A DNA stretch of 64,000 nt from the human T2T-CHM13v2.0 reference genome, Homo sapiens, in the NCBI RefSeq assembly GCF_009914755.1, contig NC_060936.1; one strand, given 5' to 3'. Shown here in pieces: positions 29,082 to 43,783 of the stretch. A program made the translations under genes and the position numbers. Within the stretch, counting starts at the first letter, position 1. Each line of letters starts with the position of its first letter. A model generated the notes under the pieces. That model was not told the DNA's origin. It saw only the letters and a program-made list of their open reading frames with translations, and made no database searches.

Positions 29082-30879
29082 ACCTAATTACTTTAAAAAA
29101 AAAGATAATGCAATGGGCATTATTAGGCCAGCAGAAATGAATTCACAAGGAAGGGGCCAGGAATTTTTTCTCTCATTTTATCTGACCCAGAACCACCAAG
29201 ACACAGGCCAGAGCTGACTTTTGCCCCAGGCACTTTTGACCACCCAGCACCTTTCTTTCTTCAACATCCTCTTTCTAGATTTTCAGTCGAGACAGGTAAG
29301 GGTATAAGTGGCCTCTCAGAGGTTTGTATCAAAATTTTACTTGTAGGGTAGAGGGACTAAGTGACAGAATACTTTAAGAGGGTGGAGGAGAAATTTAACA
29401 GTCCTCTCATGCAGACGGAGGGTGACATTCAAATGGGAGAATTTACTTCTGTGGTTTGCTACTGTTTCATTCTTTCCCTTATCATTGGTAGTGTTGTTAG
29501 GTGGCAGGGTTGTGGGGCAGAGTGGGGTTTCGCCCTGGGGGAGCATATGTGGCAGAGGGCACAGGAAGATCTGTAAGCAAGAGGGCATAGCAAATTAAAT
29601 GACCACACTGTCAGGAAGGTTGACAGGCCAAAGAAAGATCAGCTCCTCCAAATCTGCTGAACTAACTCTCCCCTCGTAGCCCCAGACACGTTTTCTCAAT
29701 TTGAGCACAATATCCATTACTATTTCCCGTACTGGGTTTCAATTAAAGAGAGTGAGAGTAGAAAGTTCACTGGTGTTTGGGGGTTCATTTATTTCCAAGC
29801 AGGATGCAAATGAAAGGGAGCCGTGGGCACAGAGTTGTCATGTGTGTTTTTCCTCCCTCTTCTTTCCATTTCCTTCTTGCAACCTTCCCTCCACTTCTTG
29901 CCAGCCACCCAGCACACCCGTGTTCCCAAAGCAAATGTTTTCATGTCTTGAAAATCCAGTTAGGGTGAGGAGAGAAGGAAGGTGATAACATCATACCTAC
30001 TGATGCCCCCTAGAGATGAAGCTGTCCTGGGGGCACTTAAGGCTTGAGGGAAGGATTTACCTTCTCGAGATGGGCACAGGAATTGGGGTAGTGTGAGCAC
30101 TTGAAGGGTTCCAGGTTTTACTGTTGCACTGAAAACAGATGCAATCCCTCCTGCTGTAACATGCCCCTATGGAAAAAATCTAGCCTTCTGTGCAGTTATC
30201 CTGTTTTGGTCCTAGAACACAGGGTGGTGATCTTGCTTCTCTGGGGGGTGCCAGGCAAATAGAAGACGTGAAAATCTGCTGCCAAGGTCAGGATGTAGGT
30301 CCTGGATTCAGGATCTTGACCCCAGGCCTGCCCTGTCACCGAGCAGTGGTCTCACAACCAGGCAAACTCTCTGGCCAAACTCACTTCACACAAACTTGAG
30401 CTGAGCACCAGCCCTCCAACCCCCTCCACCTTCTATGATCACTGACTTTGTACCATGGCCACACAGACCACTGGGCAGAAGAGTAGCTGCAGGGTGTCGG
30501 TCTTAATTTCATGACACTCTGCGTAGCCTCCTCCTCCTTCCACGTCAGCAAAAGAAACTAGAGGCCTCAACGATGTGACTGTATTTTGAGTTGGGATGTG
30601 TCCCTCCCAAATCAATCATCCCGGCTCCAAATAATACAAACAAATTCTACATATTTTAAAATGTCCCAAGTCTTGTATGATATCCAGGGACCGATTAGTG
30701 CCGACTGGAGAGACTATTCCCTCTCCCATTCCGAATAAAGGGTTAGGTGAAGGTTGTGGCCCGAGAGATCCCAGAAGCCCTTAAAAGTCTTTAGCTTGGG
30801 GTTTGAATAATGAGGGCTAGATAAGTTTGTTTTCTCTTCCTTTCAAAAATTTTTTTATTTTAGAGGAAGGGGAATGAGG

Positions 30880-30895
30880 AAGGCGCACGCGCGCG

Positions 30896-30933
<38 letters not shown>

Positions 30934-32200
30934 GAAAGAGAGAAAATGTTTGGAATTGTGAAAGTGCCTTTCCTAGTAGTTGCTTTTACTGGCGCCCGGG
31001 CCTCAATTCATTTCATCTCTGAACCAGATACTAAAAATCCTCCAGGCGAGTGGAGAGGACCGGCCTTCCTGGATCGGGAACCTGCCCTCTGTCTTCCCTC
31101 GCAGCGCCCTTTCCTCCTTTCGCTTGGGAAAGGAAGATTTCGAGCCCCAGGAAGGAGTTGGGAGTGAGCGACAGCCCAGAGCGTCCCATAAGGTCCTTTT
31201 GGCCATGTTTCTGCCCCGGGGGGCTTCACCTAGATCCCCCACCCCACCCCTTACCCCTGTTGCAAATACGTAAGCTGGACGCGCCTCGGTGCGGATCCAG
31301 GCCTCGCTGAGCACGGAACCGGAGAAGCAGCTCACGGCCTCGGATTCTACTCTCACCCAAGGGTGGAAGGGGGTGACAGGGCTCGGATCTTGCCCCAAAC
31401 GCTGCACAGGCCCGCAGGAGAGCAAAGAGGTCTCGGACAGGCTGTCCTTCCCCAGCTCTCCGTCGCGACAAGGTCCCGACAGGCCCGGGAACCGGCGAAC
31501 CGCCTGCAGGTAACCCTGCGCTGGGTACCTGCCTTCCCTCTCCAGCTACCGGGGCGGGGCGCGGCGCGGCGCGGCGGGCTGCCCGGGTGGGGGATGAAGA
31601 AAGCACGGCGGACCCAGGGCAGCGAAGCGCAGGTCTTTTTCCTTTTGAGAACTAAGATCAAGATTGCAGGGATTCAGTTAGAAGCCGCTCACCTACCTCC
31701 ACCTCCCACCCTACCCTGTCCGATTTGTCTTTTGCTGCCGCATTGATTGCTACCTTCCCCCCTCCCTTCGCTTGCAAAGGACACATCGGGAGTGGACGGT
31801 AAAGACCTTGCGGGGAGCCGTGGGGGGCGGGGAGGAGTAACCAAAAATGAAAGAGAAATGTAGGACTCTCTGTCTCCCAAAGTGGTGGAAAAGCAATTGC
31901 AAGGAGATGGCTCTCGGGAGAATAACAGGCTCAGAGAGAACGCAGCCGAGCGGGGGAATCTTCGTGCGCGAAGCCGGGAGGGTTGGGGGGAGGGAGAGTT
32001 CTCCTCTCCCACCGCTGGGGTGTGTTTTTACATGTTTTCTTAGCAGCAAGTTTTATAAACAGGTCAACCCTACGCTGCCAGCCCAGGGAGTTGGAGCCTG
32101 TCTCCGGCTTCTAGTGCCGACACCCCTCTTTCCCATTCACCCCTTGCAAGCCAAACGCGCAGAGTTGGGAGGGAGGGGAAACTTCCTTCCACTTCTGATG
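30880..32200. promoter_or_regulatory. Upstream orphan CpG island (~8 kb 5' of TBX3)
   Basis: CpG-dense, e.g. gcggcgcggcgcggcgggc at ~31561. Confidence 0.7.
30883..30932. repeat. (CG)n-(CA)n compound microsatellite
   Basis: Direct read. Confidence 0.9.
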
Positions 32201-35200
32201 TGGGGGGGACATTTGCTTTTGAAAGGCTTTCCTTGTCTTCAGACGGTAAAATACGAGTTCTCCACATGTCTGAGTCTGGTACCTCAAGCATGGATGGATG
32301 GGGAAGTGGGGGGCGCTGCTCTAATGACCTCTGCGCTGGATGGGGGTGGAGTGGGGGATTCTCTCTTTTCAGCCTGGCCCTGCTGGGGTGCCGAGGGGCA
32401 TTATTAAACCCAGACGCTCAGGCCAGGAGTTGGGGCCATGCGGAAAAGATTTACAGTTAAGCCAATTGGGGCCGAATACAGCCATCCAAAGTTTGCAGGT
32501 GTAAATAGTGCCTCGAATTATTGTTTTCTTCCTTTCCAAGCAACTTCATTGCCCGACCCCCACCCCCCACCCTTTCCCCACTTCCTGGGACTCTAATTCT
32601 TTTGAGAACAGGGAGAGGAGGAAGGACGGTATGGCACAGTTGGGATTTTTCTATCAGAGAAGTTAAAATACGATGTTGCATTCACTTTTATGTGTGCGTA
32701 TTAATGCAGTGAATACAACCAGGACAGGCTCCTTCATCGCATGTCTCCATCTAGAATTTGAGAATTGTTGGAGTCAGTGAAAGACCTTTTGACTTCGACG
32801 TATGATTTTTTTTTTAAGGGAGTGGAGCAGACTTCTGTAAAACAGGGATATTGCAGTTGAATTATGAAGTTTTTGAGTTGGGGAGATTGGGTGAGGCAGG
32901 AGTAAAATGCAAAAGAAATCCCCTCTGGTAGGGATACAAGAAGATTGCTATAGATGGAATCTGAAGGGGAGGTGAGGCTGGCTTGCTAGGAAGAACAGAG
33001 TCACAGACCTTTCTAGTGCTTCAGTTTAGATCTTCCTAACGTTTAGAGAGCTTACTGAGTCGTGTATAGGTCCAACCTTAAGCCCATCTCCCACTGCGTT
33101 ATTTAAATGTCAAAGAATATGCATGTGTATTTCTAAACTGTTCTTTGTGGGTACCAGTGTGTATATGGACATTACAAGTAGCCCAGAATATAACATTAAA
33201 TCTCAGATTTTAGAAATGCATCACAATCACACCCCATGGGCAGACTCCTGTTTCATCAATATAGACGGAACTAAATTTGTTTTGCAGCTACACAGTTGCT
33301 CCTTTTCTCTTGCAGCAATAAAATCTGTCTGTTACAAATTACCAGGGAATTGGAGAATATACTCCCCACCCCCCACACACACACCACAACTGTTGTTCGG
33401 TGTTTTTAGTCTCCCACTAACCCACTCAATAATAGATATAATATGTGTGTACACAGGCACTTTTCCAAAAAATTAGCGATAACATTCTGGGCACATGAAG
33501 AGGGCGTTTTTCTCTCTTTCCATTTAGGATTTGTTGCAGACTAAGTTGCTACTCAGGAGACCCATTACCAGGGGGATTGGCACCCATGGGGCCTCAGGGA
33601 AGAAGCTGAACAGCCTGTATTGCATGCAAAGACAGGGAGTTAAGGCGCCTGATTCCAGTCAGAATAAGGGCATAGGTGTAGAATTAGTAAGACAGGACTT
33701 AACATGTCCACGGAGCTGCAAGCGTCACCCAGCCCAGGATGAACCCCTCAGCTGCCACAGGAAAGTTTCCAGGCAGTGGTAGTAAAAACACTTTTTCTCT
33801 CTCTCTTTAAAAAACTTCCCAGTCCAGTGCACATGTTGCGCATAAATAAAAGTGGCTAATTGAACACTAGGTGAATCTGAATCAGTCTGAAGCAGAGAAG
33901 GAAGTACAGGACCCAGGCTGGAGATGGAGGTGCCCCAATTTGCAGGGGTAGAGAAGGAGTGGATTGCTTCCCACTTGGAAACCTCTGCTCTTCGCTTCTG
34001 GAGAGGCTCATCGGGAACCCCTGCAGAAGGTGCCCTTGCAGTCTCCACTGGATGGCCCTTAGGGAAGACTTGGCTGGTGGACAGTGTCCTCTGTGTGCCC
34101 CAGAGGGCCTGGCCAACTGGTTGGGTTGGGATGAGGCCTCGGTTTTGAGCCTCTGCGGTGGCAATTCCAGATATACCAGGAGGCCGAAACTGCTCCTGGA
34201 GGCTGGGGCAGGAGAGGGCCACCTGGAATCTGCCAAATGTGGGAGCTGGCGCAAGAGAAGTTAGGTGCAAGCCAGGAAGTGGGGGAAGAGGGTTCTCAGT
34301 GCAAACTAGCATCTCATTTCTAAAGCTCTGCCTGCACTGCATTAACTTCTGTTTACCGGGAAAGGTGTTGAGTGAGTGTGAGTGTGTGTGTATGTGTGTG
34401 TGTGTTTTGCGGGAGAGTGGTCTGGAAAGGACCACAGCCAGACAAGTGTGGAGATCTGCAAAGGGTACATGGTTTTAGGAACCTCAGGGCCCCACATCCC
34501 TTTTTGCAAAGGCCAATCTGGTGCCTGCCCAGCCCTGGTCCACTCGTTAGAAATTGGAGTGGCTGACCTTACCCCGGAACCAATCTGAATTGTATCTGGA
34601 ATTGGAAACACAGGACTGTGTTCTAATCTAATCTAATCTCATGGGCATAGGACCTCTTAGAGGACTGCTCAGTCCATTGTATTACTGGCTTCAGTAGTCA
34701 TTTGAAAGATTCTCTGTCAAGGCGATTAAGACCTCAGCTGAGAGTGGAGCTGTGGGCTACACTATTAGGAAGAATAAATTCATCCAACACTTATTGAGCT
34801 CCTATTGTGTACCAAGCAATGCCCTCACCTTTATGATCTTGTCAAAAGTTAAAGAGCTAGGCGGCAAAGAAAAAAGACTACTAACTATAGCCAAATAAAG
34901 TTAATAGGCTACACGGTCTGTGCAGGAGTGTCTAAAATTAGGTTTCCTATTTTGTAAGAGATAGGGTTCCTCATCTCTCCAGCTCCGATCACAGTGCTCA
35001 TAGCTAATGGCTGCTCAATAAATAATAATTCAATACAGGAATGAAAGTCAAGAAAGAAAGGGAGAGAAGGAGACTAAAAGGGGCATTTTCTCTGCATTTG
35101 TAAAACAAATAACCACTTCCAAAGTGCATTTTTAAAGAACCAGTATTCAATTTGTTAGCTGCTCTCCCAAACGGATTCTGATATATAAAATAAGATAGTG

Positions 35201-37194
35201 AAAAGCAGACTTATTCTAAGATGGTAGTGGGAAGAGAGGTTTGGTATAATGGATAGAAAATTCCACTCCATCATTGAACAGATATTTATTGAGAGTCTTC
35301 TAGGTGCCAGATAGTCTTCAAAGTATTGGAGACAAGGGAGTGAATAAAAGATGGGTCCCTTCCAGCTTAATGCTTATGGTCCTGAGTTTTGTTCACTCCG
35401 GTAAAAATATATTATTATTCCCATTTTGAAGATGAGGAAAATCGAGGCCCACGAAGAGTGGGACAGGAGAGGGCTTAATTTCAAGATCTCTGGACAGAAA
35501 GGTCAAACTCAATCAGCCTTAGCTCTTCCACGCGCTGTGGAGAGGTAGGGCTGGGTGATTTTTTTGCTCCTGGGAGCCTTGGAAACCCAGACAGCGTTAC
35601 TGACCTGGTTGGCGGAGGTCACCGCGGGCGCCAGGCGTGCGCGGGAGCTGGAGCTTAACACCCAGCCGCTGTCCCGCAAAAGACTTTCCCGGATCTGCTC
35701 ACCCCAGCTCCCAGCTCAAAGGCCCTAACTTCTAAACTCTCCGGTCCGTTTCTTGCACTCAGAGCACACACCTTGCCTACAAGTGGGTAGTACTGCCGCT
35801 CTGCACAAACAGAAAACTTTGGGATAGACAACTAGGGAGTCTTGCGCCTTCACATTGTTAAAAATTGACAGTAAAGAGGTTTCCATAACCCCTCCCCCGC
35901 CGCCAGGGTTTTATGCTTCTGTACAGACTTCTCCCCACCGCTAGTACCCCAATGCTCACCGTAGTCTCTGGCACATGCAGTGTGTTCATCAAATGTTTGT
36001 TGATTGACCAAATAAACTATTTTTTCTTTAATTTTTGTTTTAAAAACAGAACCAAACTAAAAAATGAATTAGTGATCGAATAAGAGGCAGTGGGGTGAGA
36101 AGCTCCTTTTGCCGACGCCCTGGGAGGGGGTGGAACCGGCTTAGGTCACCCATTCGTTTTCCAGCAGCCGCTGGGTTACTTCCCACCAGCTTTGCAAAGA
36201 CGCCTGCGATTTCCTTTGGTCTACAGTTCTGTCCTAGACTTCGTTCGGCTGATCGATGAAGGAGACAAGCTGGCCCACGGGGAGGTCAATACAATCGATG
36301 CGGACCTCGACGAAACGGAAGAATCTCGCAGGTTCCTGCGTGCTGGGTTCCACTCAAAATGTTTCAGGATTTAGGGTTTCTGCCTCCTCGCTGTCATTAT
36401 GGAACTGGACGGAGGATGGCGGTGGGTGGGTAGGAAGAAGCCTCAAGGCCCATTCAGATGAGCCTAGGGGTACACCGGGCCCGGAGAGCGCCCCCACCCC
36501 CACTTCCACCCAACTGGTGTAGCCCATACCACCGAGTGGTGAAATCATCAGAGCTCCCTAGTAGATTTCGTTCTTGAACTTCTCGGCCTTGGAATCAGAC
36601 GCCCGGGTCATTGCGCAGCGGGGCCACACCCCTTAGCTCCGGGTTCCTCACCTGAGAAATGAGTTTCTTATAAAATGCGATTTATTGGCGAGAACATTTG
36701 TGAAATACTCAGGAAGATGACAATGTTCTAAGAGTTCTCCCACACATCGGCTCATCAACTACAATAATCTAATGAGGCAGGAGCCTTCTCAGTGATCTCC
36801 ACTTTCCAGACGAGGAAACAGAGACACGCAGAGAAAGACAGAGGCTTGCCCGAAGTCGCACAGCCAGTGTTTTGGGGAGCTGGAATTTACCCTGGGGCTT
36901 GTCTAACTCGAGTCCGACTTTTAACAGCAAAACAGTAGGAGTCCGATACACGCACACAGTGGGTACACAGTAGCGATCTGTTTTCTTTATATCTTCGCCC
37001 TTTAGGAAGAGAAATTCCATCTAACCCTTTCCCCGCGCAGATTTGAAAACTGCCTGTATTCTTTGGTCCCTTCCTTCTGGAAGCAAATGCAATTGGTGGG
37101 TGGGGAGTGCGAGTCTGACAAAAACCTTCTTAAACTCTGGAAATCCAGATCTTTACCGCCCCCTCTTTTTTCAGTACGAAGGAACGAGGGGAAA

Positions 37195-37266
37195 GTGCGC
37201 GCGCGCGCGCGTGTGTGTGAGTGTGTGTGCGTGTGTGTGTGTGTGTGTATGCGCACGCATGTGTGT
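37195..37266. repeat. (CG)n-(TG)n alternating purine-pyrimidine tract
   Basis: Direct read. Confidence 0.9.
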
Positions 37267-37607
37267 CTAGAATCAATACGGCCCAGACAGCCCTTCACAA
37301 AGGGGCTCCAGGCGGGCGCCTCCGCGGCACAGCCTCCGCCCCACCGCCCGCGGCGAATTAATTGGGCCCTGAAAGAAGGGGCGACATAGCTTCCAGTTAA
37401 TTAGTCAAGAAATGAATCAAGTCCCAGCGGCCTGGCAGAGGCTCTTGGGGCGCGGGTTTTGTGCAAGCCACAATGGTCCGTGGGGCTCTCCCCTTGGGCG
37501 GAGTGGGGCGCGGTGGGGAACACAGCTTGGACGCCTAGGCGTCCTGAGCCCGGCACCCTGCGCGCAGAGCAGACCCAGGCGCTCTCGCGAGCTCTAGCGT
37601 CCGTCAT

Positions 37608-37945
37608 GTTTCCTCTCTTCTTTTCTTTCTTTTTTCTCTTCTCTTCTCTCCTCTCCTCTTCTCTCCTCTCTCCCCCTTCCTTTCCCTCCTCTCTCTCCAT
37701 CTCCCTTTCTCTCTCTCTTCCCCTTTCCCCTTCTCCCTCCCTTTCTATCTCCCCCTTCCTTTCTCCCTATCTCCCTCTCTCTCCCTTTCTCTTTCTCTCC
37801 TTTTCTCTCTCTCCCTCTCCCCCTTCCCCTCTCCATCTCTCCCTCTCCTGACCTCTCTCCCTCTCTCCCTCTCTCTCTCCTCACTTCTCTCTTTTTTTCC
37901 CCAGTTTTCACCATCACCGTCCCCCTTCCCCCTCCCTGGTTCTCT
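37608..37945. repeat. CT-rich low-complexity polypyrimidine tract
   Basis: ~340 nt nearly all C/T. Confidence 0.9.
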
Positions 37946-38470
37946 GCTGAACTTTGTCCAGGTTTCCTACCTGCAGGCGCTCCTCCCCTCACCCCAGCAG
38001 CGGCCCTCTCCAAACTCTCCTCCCTGAGGTTGCTCTTTCTAAAGCCTCAACCTCAGCCTGGCAGCACCTGGGGCTGGGTGGTTTCGGGATGTCGGGAATC
38101 CTTGACTTAGGGGGAAAGGATGGAAATGAGCCCTGGCTTTGGAGCCCAGAGGCCTGAGGTGTGTTGCTGGATAGGTTCTTCACCCTTGGGTCACCTTGGA
38201 TTCACCCTCTCCAAGGCGGTTAGAACCCTCTGAGATCATTCAGGGCTTTGAAAGGGCTTGGTAATGGCGACCTGTGTCCTCACTCCACGGAGATTTAGAA
38301 TTAAGGCAGACCTGCAACACAGGAGCAATTATTGAGTACCTGCGGTGTTCTCATCTAACATTTCTTCTCAAGCTCTCCCGCGTCAACTAAGGCACTGAAG
38401 ATCCGGGTGATCGGGTGTTTTCGTCAGAAGCAGCTCTGTTGGGGGAAGGGAGGGCAGGCACAAATCCTAA

Positions 38471-39068
<598 letters not shown>

Positions 39069-40402
39069 TAAGGCGCGAATCTCGATCCTCCTAGTATTTC
39101 TCTGGCGTCTGTCTCTATCTCAGTCTCTGCTTTTGTCTCTTTCTCCCTCCCTCCGCCCCAGTCTTTCCGTCTCTTTTTCCTCGAATGCACGTGGAATTCG
39201 GAATTGAAAATTGAGGTCAGAATCTCCCTTTTTCTTCCAGTTATCCGCGCCGCTGCCCCACGCCTAGCGGCTTGGATCTGCATAGACATCTATCTACCCG
39301 CAACAAGATCCGAGCTGCAGAAGCAAACCTAATCTGTCTCCGCACCATCCCCTGCTCTGTAGACCCACTGCCCCATCCCACGCCACATCCTTGAGGTTCA
39401 AGTAGCGACTCCAGCGGATGATTCGGAGAATGCCCTGCTTTCCAAAGGCCCCAACCCGTGTTTTTATTTTCTTTTTCCTTTGCCCGCTTGACCAACTTTG
39501 GTTTCTTTCAGGGCCCGGAGGTGCCTGCGCCGCGCTTGGCTTTGCTTTCCGCCGCCCCAGGAGACCCGGGACTGTGGTTTCCGCTCGCCACATCCCAGCC
39601 TGGTGCGCACACAAGAGCCTGGCGAGCTTCCCTCGCGCGCTTACAGTCAACTACTTTGGGCCTCGGTTTCCCTGCTCCTTGTAGATCAGAGAAGGGACGG
39701 GCGAAATGCCTGCGAGGGAGGGTTGGCGAATGGGTTGGTTGGTGGCAAGACTGCAGTTCTTGTACATGGACGGGGGTTGGGGGGTCAACACTGGAAGAAC
39801 TCCTGCCTGACGCCAAGAGCCACCCGCTTTCCAGCTCGTCCCACTCCGCGGATGTTTACCCACCTTCATGCGCAGAGGAGGAGATGAAACACTGGGAATA
39901 TCTTGTTTTCCACACTAGGAATGGAGCACACCAACTTCCATGGTCCCAGTCTCCCCTAAGTGGGACCTACAGCTTGGTGGGACTCTGCCATGCAGGTGTG
40001 CCAGGCTGCGTGTGTAGGCGAGGACAAGCCAGGTTCCAGCCAGCAGGTGCACACTCAGGTGTGTGCAGAGGTGGTCCCTTGTGGGCCTGCTTGGTCCACT
40101 GTGATAGCTGCTGACATTTGTAGACCGGGTCAGTGGCTTTCAACGAAGTGTTAGCCGACCTCCTGCTGAGCATTTGGAATTTAGGAGATGGCATATTGGA
40201 GGCTTGGAACTGTATCCCTCCATTTACCTCTGTAAGCCTCCCTTGCCGCCTCTGAAAAAAATGAGACTCTCAGGCTCTCCCACAGAGGAGCATTGCAAGG
40301 AGTAAGTGAAATCATGCATATGCATCGCTCAGCCCAGCCCCTGGCACACAGTGAGTGCTCATGAATCATTAGCTGTTTGGACTTGCTAAACTCTGTGCTT
40401 CC

Positions 40403-40554
40403 GTGTGTATATGTATGTGTGTGTGTAAATATATAAATCTATATATACAATAGTAAATATACACATATATTGATATATACATAATGATATATAAAATATA
40501 TACTGAAGCACAGAGTTTATATATATAATACACACACACACACACACACACACA
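40403..40554. repeat. (TG)/(TA)-rich/(CA)n compound simple repeat
   Basis: Direct read. Confidence 0.85.
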
Positions 40555-41289
40555 GACTACACTCTTAGAAGACTACCTGACATATATTATGCCTTCTCTC
40601 TATTATTATTCTTACTCTCTCTTGCCCAGTGCTGTTCCCATCTCAGCCTGAAACCCCACTACTTGTCTTCTCCCCAAGTTGATACTAAAGTGAGATCCTC
40701 CATTAAGCTTCCCACTGAAGAGTTAGCTCCTGTGAGCCCCTTTCCTGAATCCTGGGATCTCAAAACTGTGACGGATCCCAGAGACAAAGTGCTCCCTTCC
40801 TCTCCTTGCACTGGAGTTAGAGTCCCCAGCTAGGCTCAGAGACCCTGGTGTCCTAATTTTGAATCTAATCCCCTGCCTTTTCCACCATCTCCACTCTGTC
40901 CAGGTCTTCTCCATCTCCTGAGGTCAGGAGAAAAAGTTCTCAGACCTATTGAGAAATAAGAACTTGTAGAGAATAAAGGAACATTAGTGGGTGCTTGGAG
41001 CATCCATGGGTGGAGCCCCTGCAGCAATGATCTCTGAAAATGAGGAGGGGGCTGCATGTAAACAGGACCAGAGAGAATTTCTGACTCCTGGGGAGGCCCA
41101 GAGTCCTCCTGTCTCTCAACAGAAGCTATGTGGGGCTGAGGTCCCGACTCCCAGGGCCAGGCTACAATTGCAAAACTCCAAGCCAGCAGCAGAAGCCCAC
41201 TGTCCCCCTTCCCAGTTCTCTGGGGGCATTGCAGATCCACCGAGGCAAGAGCTGGGGCTGTTCCCAACCCCCCAGCTTGAGCGTCTGGC

Positions 41290-41800
41290 GGGAGGGTGAG
41301 GAGATGAGCGGAAGGAGATGAGAAAGGTGGAAAAGAATGAGGACAGTGGAGTTGGGGAGGGAGGGTGACAGAAAGTGAGAGAGGGTATTTGGGGATGAGG
41401 GAAGAAGGACAAACAAGGGAGGAAGACAGACAGGCATGGAAGATAAAAAGAGACCCTTATATACCCACAGAGTGGGAGAGGCATGGAGAGGAGAAGAGGA
41501 GAAGAGATAAAGGTTAGAGACGAAGAGACAATGACAGAGAGAGATGGATCAGGCAGACTGGGGATGGGGTGAAAGGACAAAGATTAAGAAACACAGAGAG
41601 CAAGAAGCAAGTGCAGGGGCGAGGTGGGGGGGGGGAGGAGAAAGAGGGGGGAGAGAGAGAGAAGAGGTGAGACAAAGAAAGGGAGAAGCACCTGGAGGCA
41701 GAGAAAGTGGGGAAAGTGGGGACTAAGGAAAGCGGATGGGAAAGGAGTGGCCAAAAGGAAACATAAGAAAGATGGTGGGGAAATGGAGAGCCAGAGAGCC
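41290..41800. repeat. GA-rich low-complexity tract
   Basis: Purine-dominated plus strand. Confidence 0.8.
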
Positions 41801-42741
41801 GGGCCACCCTCCCGATGTATTACTTGACATACGTATGAGATTATCTAGCACGGTATAAATGCCTCCATTAAATCACGATTGAGCTTCTCAAACCGACCAA
41901 TTCCCGAATAGCCTCCAGCCCTTGGGGAATATGGTTTTCAAAACCGTATAAAGCATCAAATACTAACAACTTAGGAGAGAGGTTCTCATTCATTAGGGGT
42001 TTCCAGGGGCCCCCAGCAGGGCCTTTGTGGTAGAGGGTGGGGGAGAGTGTGTGGCTGGGATCTTGGGGAAAAAAGGCATTGTGTTTCTCTCTGTCATTGG
42101 CTTCACAGAAAAGCCTCTTCCCCACTCCAACAGCACGCTACACAAACTCACTAAGAAGTTCTTGTTGGTAGGGTCTACTTGGCCAAGAAGAGAAAATGGA
42201 ATTTCCCCAGAGTCCTCCTTATTCCCAGAGTGCATTTGGCCCAATAAAGAGGGGCTGCACAATTTCCTAGACATTCCTGCTTGCAACGGAGAGGGAGGGG
42301 ACGATGAAGGGCAGCCTCCCTCCCAGCCTCTTGGGAAAACAGAACTTTGTTGAACCACAGGAGGCTGGTGGATGATGAGAAGGAAGGTTTGAGAGTAGTC
42401 TGGTGAAGGTGAAGTCCGCGTTTGCACCCCCTCCCCTGCCCCCTGCAGGCTCCCAACTCATCACTCCAACTAGTTCAAATAAACCGCAGCTCAACTTCCC
42501 TCACTCTACCTCCTCCCTTATTTGCCTCCCAGTCTGCCAGGAAAGGCATTTTAAAAGGTAGCTAATCAAGGATTTTTTTCCTTTTCTTTCTTTTCTTTTT
42601 TTTTTTTTTTTGTTGGGAAGCCTTGTTTGCTTTGCTTTAACAAACAGCTGATAGAATTTGCTTTAAAGGAGCACTAAAAAAAAAAAAAAAAAAGAAAAGA
42701 AAAATGTGCCTACAGGGCACATGCCTGCATATCCGTGTGTG

Positions 42742-42743
<2 letters not shown>

Positions 42744-42786
<43 letters not shown>
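42744..42786. repeat. (TG)n microsatellite
   Basis: Direct read. Confidence 0.95.
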
Positions 42787-42788
<2 letters not shown>

Positions 42789-43783
42789 AGACCTCCCGAG
42801 CTGGCTTGCAGTAATAAATGGAACCTGCTTCAGGTGCAGAAAGCTGGGAGGGGTCGAGGGGAGGAATGCACAGGCTGATTTACACCTGTCCCTACAGCTG
42901 CTATCGACAACACTTACAGCCTCCAGAAATGACCCTTGGTGCCGACTTGTCTGGAAGCCATCAGGGTTAGTTTTGAAGCAGGAATCTTCAAGTGGACCAG
43001 AGGGTGAGCTTTGCCCAGCCCCGCCTTCCCTGCCGTGGTCTTCAAGTGCTGCCCAGTGGAGCAGGCTGCCTGCTTCTCTCCCTCTCTGCCCACCTGCTCC
43101 TCCCTCTCTGTTTCTTCTCAGACAAATATCATCATTGACTTTCAGCTGTCTTTGGTGCTGCTGCCCAAGGAGGGCTGGGCAGGGTGCAGGGTTTCCAGCC
43201 AGCTCATCACCACCCCTTCCCCCCAGGAGCTGGGTCTGGCCCCAGGAATCTGTGTGGGATTCCTCGCTCTACCCTCCAGCCAGTTTCTGCCCTCTGCCAC
43301 TGGCCTCAACCCACCCCACTGGCCAGACAGTTGAGTTACTGATAACTTCCAGATGCCTCTGGAATCTTGCTTCCAGTCCTCCCAGCACTCTGCCTGGTCT
43401 GCAAAAGTGGGGGCAGTGGGCAGCAGGCACCCTGCCCTGAAACTTGTTGCCACCTCTCAGAGGCTGATGAAAGCCGCACTCAGCTGGGCCCTTCAGGACG
43501 GGGGACCCTGGAGCCAGGGCACTCAGAAGGGATGTTTGACACCCACGCCAGGAACTTGGAGTCCCTGACTTTCTAGCCCAGGCCCTACAGAGGTTTAGGA
43601 GGACTGGGAGGGGGCAGATTGCAGGCCACCAGCTACCAGAGAAGCCACAAGGAAAGGCCTGGCACTTTCCCTGGGAATTAACAGGCACTGGGAAAGTATC
43701 TGGGTCCCCATTGCCTTACTGGTAGAACGGGGCAAGGGTGGGGGCAGGAACTGTAATATATACTACATTGACATTTTATTTTA

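Noticed and set aside
33725-34435. 236-aa minus-strand ORF
   Set aside because: Runs through a (CA)n-like repeat; no domain or exon support
42706-43440. 244-aa plus-strand ORF
   Set aside because: GTG start, includes a (TG)n-encoded CV repeat; no homology recognised
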